Shown here: in pieces, positions 20,801 through 28,360 of the stretch
How the letters are laid out: every line of letters begins with the position of its first letter
Numbering within the stretch: the first letter of the stretch is position 1
DNA from: Fonticula alba ATCC 38817
Lineage: Eukaryota > Protista > Nucleariida
Assembly: GCA_000388065.2 (NCBI GenBank)
Contig: KB932208.1
Direction: 5' to 3' (one strand)
DNA length: 28,360 bases
The notes under the pieces: model-generated
Databases searched by the model: none
The model's input: only the letters and a program-made list of their open reading frames with translations
What the model was told of the DNA's origin: nothing
Made by a program: the position numbers and the translations under genes

Positions 20801-22635
20801 ACACGTTGGTGCGAGCCTGAGGCACGGCCCCGTCCGAGTCGGCATCAGAGTCGACCCCGGCGAAGCGGACCTGGGGCGCGGCCGCAGGGGCAGCAGCCGG
20901 AGCCGGACCATCGGCGGTGTCAGAGGCAGGGACAGTGCCATCGGAGCCAGGGGCGGCGCCGGCGGCGGCGCCGGCGGCGGCGCCGGCGGTGGCGGTGGCG
21001 GCCTCGTCGTCGGTGGCCCCCTCGTCAGTGGGAGGGCCACCGGCAGCGGCAGCAGCCCCGCCGGCAAGCGAGTTGGCCAGCATGGCGGCCAGACTGCTGC
21101 GGTCGGCAATCGGGCCGGTGTCGATGACCGACAGGGGGCCCTCCGGCGAGGGGGGCCGGACGGGCTCATCGCCGGTGGTCGGAGTCGGGGGGACAGAGCT
21201 GGTGGGGGTGGTGCCCGGCAGGGGGGGCGGCGGCGGCGGCGGCGGCGGCGGACCACCAGCACCCGGGGGTGGAGGAGGCGGCGGCGGCGGCGGCGGCGGC
21301 GGCACCCCACCGGCCGGAACATCCGCCGGGGAGCCGGCCACGGGGCCGGAGGCCGCGGGGGCTGCCTGCGTGACTGACGGGATGACCATCGGCTCCAGGA
21401 AGGAGGCCATGTTGGTTCGGAGGTAGGATGCCGTGCCAATGACGAAGGGCAGCGGCCGATGCGAGTAGGAGCTCTGTGTATGATGGCGAGGCGGCGTGGG
21501 AAGTGGCGGGAAAGGGAGCAGGGAGGGGGGAGACAGGGATCAGCATGGGGCCTGGCCACTGAAAGTGTGGAGAGGAGGGCCAGGGCAAAGAGGGAGAGAG
21601 AGAGAGAGAGAGAAAGAAAGAAAACGGGAGGCAAGAGTCGGGGGGGGGGGAGGAAGTCGCACGGTCAGCGAGGCCGATACAGCGCCCGGGGTGGCGGCAT
21701 CATCCGGCTCGGCGATGGTCGGGCTGGTCGGGACATTGGGCTGCATGAAGGTGCTCTCGAAGACCGAGAAAGCGTCCGCCAGGGCGGTGGTGTACTTGGG
21801 GATGAGGATGGCATCGAGCTGCTCGCGAGTTGGCGGCTTGGCCGGGTCCAGCTGCTCGGTCCGGGACTCGGGCTTGGCCGGGGCCAGGCCCACGCGAACG
21901 GGCGAGAAGTCGGTCGGGGTGACGACGCGCTTTGGGTAGGGGGGCGAGGTGGGGACGCACGGGGACCGTTAGCGAGGGAGGCAGGGGAGGAGTGGGGCGG
22001 AAACGAATGGGTGGGATGGGGAAGGGAAACGCGCTGAGACAGGAAGGGGGGGTGGGAGGGGAACACGGTACGTTTTCGACGAACTGACGGTTGGCGATCA
22101 TGTTGAACTCGTTGAAGGAGTTCTGCACCAGGGTCGAGGCGTCCTGGGCAGAGAAGATCAGGTTGTCCAGTCGGGAATTCACCTCGGAAGTCCGGGCGAT
22201 GAGACGCTCACTGAACTGCTCGAGATATAGTCGAAGCTGTGGGCGGGGGACGGGGAACGGGGGACGGGGGGGGGGGGAGGGAGTTGGATGGTGAGTGACT
22301 GCAGCATGCCCGGGTGGAGGAGCAGGAACAGAGGCGAGGGGGAGGAGACCGGAGGAGACACGCACCCCGGCATCACTGGCGAGAGTCCATTGGTCACTGC
22401 CGACAGCGGCACGCATCTGCTCAAAAGACCAGGGCTTCTCCCAGACAGCAAGCCCGGCTGCGGAGGGAGGCGAGAGAAGGAGGCACGAAGGGGGGGGGGG
22501 GAGGAGTCAGAGGAGGGGGAAGCCAGGGGAGGAGGAAACCAGGGAGGGGCCAGGGGGGATGGGGCCGAGGAAGGTGCACATACAGCCGTCACCAGCCGAC
22601 CCGGCCACGGGGGCGCTCGGATCACTGGAAGACAT
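17826..22635 (-). CDS. WASHC2: WASH complex subunit 2 (FAM21), ~1214 aa if no exon lies in the gap
   Basis: Exons 22635-22584, 22457-22366, 22236-22072, 21929-21663, 21473-20769 and 20189-17826. The FAM21 head matches as recalled: WEKPWSFEQMR...WTLASDAG~WERPWSVEEIR...WSLAADAG; LYLEQFSERLIARTSEV...VQNSFNEFNMIANRQFVENRV~LQFLQEFSQQTISRTHEI...[47 protein letters not shown]~YIDRPLPYLIGS. The tail carries about 10 L-F-acidic (LFa)-like motifs and a CPI-like LKSAARGRPRMAARRLPS. Confidence 0.92.
20239..20538. other. Assembly gap (300 N) inside WASHC2 intron 5
   Basis: N stretch flanked by GGGGC/GGGCA repeats. Confidence 0.99.
20611..20700. repeat. GGGGC/GGGCA pentamer tandem repeat (also 20212-20238 on the other side of the gap), intronic
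   Basis: gggcggggcg...gggcagggca... read directly. Confidence 0.9.
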
Positions 22636-22872
22636 CGTGGGGGGGGGGGGCCGCGGTGGGGTAAGAACCGATGGAAGGGGCTGGGGGGTGGAGCCGAGAA
22701 GGGGAAAGGGGTGGGGGATGGGGAGGGGGGGGGAGAAGGAGATGCGGTGCCCGGCGGCCCCTCGGGTCGGTGGGCAGCAGCCCGCCTCAGAAATGGCCAG
22801 CCCCACCGGAGGAAAGTGGAACAATAACACGGCAGCCGGGGTGGGGGGGGGGATGGAGAACCCCACAACAAT

Positions 22873-22875
<3 letters not shown>

Positions 22876-22905
<30 letters not shown>
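22876..22905. repeat. (GT)n microsatellite upstream of WASHC2
   Basis: Direct reading. Similar tracts occur at 13275-13298 and ~26657-26675. Confidence 0.9.
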
Positions 22906-22906
<1 letters not shown>

Positions 22907-23068
22907 TCAGCCACCGAGAGGACACCAAGGGTCACCGCACAGCGACAACCGAAGCCCGCGCGCGGAGGGGGGGGGAGGGACGTTCTCGCCCCATCCCAGG
23001 TGAGTTCGGGCGACCATCGCCACCTGTTTGGGGGCAGGGGACAGGGCGGAGGGGGGGGGGGGGGGGGG

Positions 23069-23347
23069 GACCCCAGCCGCCCAGGGGGACACCGGCCGGC
23101 CGAGGGCCAGCGAGCGCACAAGACACACACGCGGGGATGGCCTGATGCACATCAGCTCATGTCCGGGCCTCGCGGCCAGGCACCGGCGGCGGCAACGCGG
23201 GAGTCAGCATAGCGGTGAAGGCGGAGATGCAGGTGCGCTCTTGCACGGGCCCGGGAGGGTGACTGGGGGTCGGGGGGGGGGGGGGGGGGGGGAAGGAACC
23301 CAGCCACGCAGGTGGAGACCGGCCGGCCGATGGCCAGCGATCGCACA
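23069..23347 (+). repeat. Diverged 52-bp direct repeat (23069-23120 and 23296-23347), each copy preceded by a G run
   Basis: Manual ungapped alignment gives 45/52 identical positions. Confidence 0.8.
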
Positions 23348-26308
23348 CGAGAGACACGCCCCCGGGAAACACACCGGCAGGCGCTCTCCGAGAACCAACG
23401 CGCTGCAAGAGAGTGACCCCTCGCGCCCCCCCTCGATTCGGTGACCGGAACCAGGGCACATATGTGCGTCTCTGCCCCCCCCTCCCCCCGGGGGAGGCAG
23501 CCGAGAGCTCACACACAGCCCGACCCGCGGCGGAGGCCGCCTGCCCATGATGGCTCGCAGCAGTGTTCCTCATGCCCCCCGAAAAAAGGGCCAGCCGGGG
23601 GGGGGAGGGGGACCACACCGGCCGGGAAAGCGACAACAACAAATCGCCCCTCCAGAACAGTGGGGGTAAAATTCACCAAGACCCTGGCTCGGTGCAGGGG
23701 GGCAGGCTGCATGACCTGTGTGCCGACGGATGTGCCACTCGCCTCGTGATGGATCCCCAGGTGGTCTGTCCGGTGATGTGGTGGAATTGTGTTTCCGTCG
23801 GGATAACGTGCCTGGTCGGGTGTCTTCTCGGGCGGCTCCCGGCCCATGGTTCACCATGCGAATGTGTTCCCTACCCCGGTGCCCATCCGCTCGCTGGTGG
23901 GCGCATACTTGCTCCTCGCGACGGGGTGCGCGGCCCCCGGATGCGTGCCGGACAACGGAGGCCGGGGGCGAAGTCGCCCAGACCAGGTGCCGGCCTCGAG
24001 GGTTGGGCTCTCAATTCCTTGGGGGCTTCGGGCGGTCGGCGCGGCCCCGGGCCGCTGGATTTGCCGGCCTGTATGGCATGGCGTGAGCTCGGGGCGGGCG
24101 CGATGATCCTGAGGGTCATTTTAAATTCCGTCTGCTCGAGACCGCCGCGGCTTCCTCACCGAGTCTCCGGGGGAAGAGTTCTCCGGGGCCGGGAGGGAGG
24201 CAGGACGACCCGGGGTAGTGAGGAGGCTGTTGGGGCCTTTGTCCTTCTTTGCACCGCAGGGACCCCGGCGACTGGGGGGACCGTTTGGATATTGTGTGCG
24301 TCTGTGCATGGCACTGTCTGTGCTCACAGGCGGGGCGGCAGGACTTGGTCTGCCCGGGTGGTGGCAACGAGCCGCAAGGAGTGGAAACACGGATAACCGA
24401 GGGCCAGACCCCGGGCCGGAATATGGGCCGAGCGGGAGGACCCCCCCCCCCCCCCCCGAGCAAGGCAACGAGCGGACTCTCGTATGGTGTGGCTCATCCG
24501 AACCACCTGTGTCCCTCCCCGGGGGGGGGGCGGAACAGAGACCCCCCTGCGAAGTGTCGGCCGGGAGTGCGGGGGGTGCACATGTACGGGGCTCTGCACC
24601 CATGATTGGGGCAACGCCCCTGCCCGCCCCCGGGCCTTACTCGCCTCGAGCACGGGGTGCGGGCGCGTCCGCGGGCATGGCAACCGTTCGCCAGCCAGAG
24701 GGGGGGGGGGGGGGAATTGGTGTGCGCGCAAGTGTCCTGGGTACGGTGAGGACCCCCGTAGCTTTTGCGGGACATCCCCATGAAGAGAGGGACGGGACAA
24801 TATTCGGGTGGATATTTAAATGTTATAATAAGAAGACAGCCCCCCCCCCCTGCCTCCCTGGGGAGCTCGCGGGTGGGGACGGGCATTATGGTGGCCGCTG
24901 CCCACCGCACACGGGGGGGGGGGGGCGATGTGAGCTCTTCATGCGAGGGCCCGGCGGACGGGGCGCCGCCCGAGGGCCACCTTCTCGGCCGAAAAAGGAC
25001 ATGCCCTGCCAGCTGAAGGGGGTGGGGCGCGCAATGCCCGCTTGGGAGCCGGAGAGATGCCCAGGCGTCGGCCCAGGTGCGCCAAGATCTTGGCGCTGTT
25101 GCGCACGAACACGCGCGCGTGGCCCCCGGGCATGCCCCGGCACTCTGGCCAGGGGCGGGGCGTTTGGGTCTCGTGCGGGGACTTTCGGCCGGGCCTCCGC
25201 CTGTGGCAGGGCACCGCACTGTTGTGCTCCCGCCCCGCCCCCCCCCCCCCCCTTGGCGGTTCGGGGGGGGGGCGGTAGTCTTTTCACATCAGCGACCGGG
25301 CGGAGGAGCGTTTCGGCCTTCGGTCCGGCGCCCGGCCAGCGAGGATGCACTTGCGTGCCGGTCCCCGGCCTCCAGGCCTGGGGGGGCTCGGAAGCCAGGG
25401 GCAGGACGCGCCCTGCCTGCAGACCAATCGGCGCTGCTCGGCCCATCTGGCCCGGGAGAAATAATCATCTCCGCTCATGAATGTGTGGGTGTGTGCCCCG
25501 TCTCCCCCGCCCCCTTCAGGGGCCGTCTCCGCCGGGGTCGTTAGGCCGTTTGCCGGCCGATGGCATACGTAAGGGCCGCCCGCCGGTGCCCCGGCCGCGG
25601 GGAGGAGGGCAGCCGGCCCCGGCGCCTGGGGGGCGGGACGGGGGAAGGCGACGGCCAGGTCCAGGAGGCGCCCTGCGCCCCCTTGGGCGCGCGGAGGTCG
25701 GGGGGATGCATCTGCGGCAGCGTGGAACTTTGGTCGCACTAGCCCGACCCCGGCTTGACTGGTCGAGCGGGCGCTTGAAAGGGTGGGGGGGGGGGGGTGC
25801 CCACATCGGCCTTATGCAACGGGGGAGATTGTGCTCAACCTTCCGGCCGGAGGCGAACTCCGCCTCTGTCAACGCGGCCCGGCGATGATGAATCCCGGGC
25901 GAAGTGCATGCGTTATCACCAGGCACCCATGGCTGCGAGGCCCCAGGCCCGGGCGCGTCGGCGCCCGGCTGCGGCTCGCCCTGGGCCAGGGAACTGGCGC
26001 CCGGGCGTGCGGTTCTCCCTCGGGCCCGCGCCTCCGCGCCTGGCCTTGATGCGGGGGGGGGGGGGGGGGAGGGGGGGGGATCTTCCTTCTCGGAAGGGGC
26101 TCGCAGCTGTTTTCCCCCTGGCTCGGCTCATCCTGCGCGGCCCCTTGGGCCTGGCACCCCCGGCCCAGGAGCAGGCCGGGGCTCGGGTGTAGTCGTGCGA
26201 GGAATGCACTGCCACGCTGGGCCAGGCAAGTTCTTCGGCGGAATGCCAGCCCCCTTGCCCGGCCCCTGCCTTGGTGGAAGAAGACATCTACATGCACACA
26301 CACATGCA

Positions 26309-26312
<4 letters not shown>

Positions 26313-26347
<35 letters not shown>
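26313..26347. repeat. (CA)n microsatellite upstream of the ABCG gene
   Basis: Direct reading. Confidence 0.9.
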
Positions 26348-26354
<7 letters not shown>

Positions 26355-26878
26355 CGTACACCTGGCCCCGGGCCTGGTGCTAGATCGCAAGGCCAACCGG
26401 CGGGCGCAGATCTCTCCCCCTGTCCTTCTCTTGCCCTTTCTTGACCTGGGCCCTGCCCATGGCCCATGCGCGTGCATGTGCGAGCGCGGCCAATCGGACT
26501 GGGCTGTTTCCCGGGCTGGACGACCGCCCGCTGCCGGACGCCTCAGCTACGGACCGAGCGCATGACGAATGCCCCGACTTCCTGCTGCCACGGGCGGCTA
26601 GAGCTTCCCCCGCGCCTCCTCCCTCCGGGCCTTCCCCCGGAACTGCCGCACATGTGCGTGTGTGTGTGTGTGTGTGGGGGGGGGGGGGTGTGGGGGGGGG
26701 GGGGGGAGGGGGGGGAGGTGGCGGCGAGGCCAGTCGGGGGGGTTTTGCCCCAGGCTCATCCTCCTCCCCCACACAGACAGCCTCTCGGGGCCCCTCTTGC
26801 AAGCCCTTCTCCGGGCTCGATGATCTACAACAGGGAGCAGGATGCATGTAAAGAGCACCGCCAGCCAGGTCCATGCCC

Positions 26879-26912
<34 letters not shown>

Positions 26913-26966
26913 CCTGCTTCCGCCTCGTAACTCGCTCCCTGCCCCTTTCCCGCGCGCGCTGAAGCC

Positions 26967-27606
26967 ATGAGCGAGAACACCTTCCCCGATGAGGGGATCA
27001 CCCAGACCACGACCCCGCCGTCGTCCTCGCCGCAGCTGTCGGCCGATTCGCCGGACATGTCCTCTGCCGAGTCCGAGTCCCTGCCGGATCTCTCCAAGCC
27101 CGAGACCCCCGTCAAGCCGGAGAAGCTGACCCTGTCGACGTCGCACCTCTCGCCCGGTGGCCCGCGGCGCGGGTCGCACCCGAACGCCAGTCCCGCACGC
27201 CGGGCCTCGGCCGCCGGTCCCAGCCCAGGCCCCATGGACATCGAGATGGGAAACCGCCTGTCAAGCAAGCGCCCCTCCATTGTTTCCCACACGTCGGTCA
27301 ATTCCAGCAACTCGGGGATCTCATCGGCCCCGAGCCGCCGGTCCAGCATCCTGGTCCCCCTGTCGAGCATGATGGACATGGATGATAGCTACTCCCAGCC
27401 CATTCAGTCCGTGAACCTCACCTGGTCCGGGATCGTTCATCGTGTGAATGTGCGTGCACCCTCCCCGCCCTCGGCGGCCGGGCGGCCGGCCGGGGCCACT
27501 CTCTCCTGCTGGGTGGCCATGGCTCCGGCTTGCGCTCGGCCTCCTCTGGCCACTGTGTTGTGCCCCTTTCCTTCTCTGTTCCTGACGTCAAGATCTCCCC
27601 CCCCCC

Positions 27607-27643
<37 letters not shown>

Positions 27644-28328
27644 TCTCCTCTGAACACTGCCGTCTTTCCTCACAAAGGTCCGCACCGGGCCCATCTTCCG
27701 CAAGAAGACCGTCGAGAAGACCATCCTCGACGATGTGTCCGGGCAGGCTCTCCCCGGGCGGCTGCTGGCCATCATGGGTCCCTCGGGTGGTGGCAAGACG
27801 TCCCTGTTGGATTCCATCAGTGGGCGCCTGCGCACCCGGGCCGGCACGGTTCTTGTCAATGGCAAGCCCATCCCCCGGCACTTCCGCAGTGTCTCGAGTT
27901 ACGTGATGCAGGACGACCTGCTGGTGGAGACCCTGACGCCGCGCGAGCTGCTCACCTTCGCGGCGCGCCTGCGCCTGTCGCCGAAGCTCACGGCCAGGGA
28001 CATCGCCGAGCATGTCAACAACCTGCTCAATCGACTGAGCCTCACGCGGTCGGCGGACACGCGCGTCGGCAAGCCCGAGGGCAAGCAGCGTGGCCTGTCG
28101 GGCGGTGAGCGCAAGCGCACGGCCATCGCCTACGAGATGATCACCAACCCGTCGCTTCTCTTCCTGGACGAGCCGACCACCGGCCTGGACGCGTTCATGG
28201 CCCTGCAGCTGATCGAGCTGCTGAAGGCCCTGGCGGCCGAGGGCCGGACCATTGTCACCACCATCCACCAGCCGAGCTCCGACATTTTTGGCCTTTTCGA
28301 TGATTTGCTGTTGCTCTCCGGCGGCAAG
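26967..28328 (+). CDS. ABCG (White family) ABC transporter, NBD-first; 3' partial, continues beyond window
   Basis: Exons 26967-27449 and 27678-28328 (phase 0; next donor GTACGA at 28329). Motifs: KTILDDVSG, Walker A GPSGGGKT, Q-loop SYVMQDD, signature LSGGERKR, Walker B LFLDEPTTGLD, H-loop TIHQPS. The NBD exon is absent from the supplied + strand ORF track but translates openly. Confidence 0.95.
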
Positions 28329-28360
28329 GTACGACCTGTCTCTCTCTCTCTCTCTCTCTC

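Noticed and set aside
24218-25480. 420-aa + ORF (and 23563-24396) in the large intergenic region
   Set aside because: They run through G/C homopolymers, are low complexity, and show no domain or consistent codon bias.
25885-25891. Box C-like ATGATGA suggesting a C/D snoRNA
   Set aside because: No CTGA box D or terminal stem follows within ~100 nt.
25424-26494. Two CCAATCGG NF-Y-like boxes (25424, 26490)
   Set aside because: Short motifs with no TSS evidence cannot be distinguished from chance.
1-28360. tRNA, rRNA, CRISPR array, transposase or reverse transcriptase
   Set aside because: No cloverleaf with TPsiC context, rRNA signature, repeat-spacer array or RT/DDE motif was seen by eye.

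Overview
This is GC-rich, intron-dense eukaryotic genomic DNA with short introns, C-run and CT/CA intron tracts, and two N gaps. The style resembles an amoeboid opisthokont such as Fonticula, but that is an impression and is not verified. I built eight spliced protein-coding gene models by hand from GT-AG sites, frame continuity and recalled family motifs. In order they are: a DDX21-clade DEAD-box helicase (+, 5' partial); a degenerate calmodulin/centrin-like pseudo-EF-hand protein (-); TMEM161 (+); a metaxin/SAM-complex GST-fold protein (-); an NDUFS5-like twin-CX9C protein (+, first exon not found); a ~1546-aa unknown protein with a presequence-like N-terminus and RNI-like LRRs (+); WASHC2/FAM21 (-); and an ABCG half-transporter (+, 3' partial). 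I found no tRNA, rRNA, CRISPR array or mobile element. The main observations are: (1) all nine introns of the LRR gene are phase 1 and most internal exons are about one or two repeat units long; (2) a pseudo-EF-hand protein with greatly enlarged loops; (3) a GTRCGY splice-donor consensus with no A at +4 in 30 modelled introns. All homology calls come from recalled family motifs; no database search was run.
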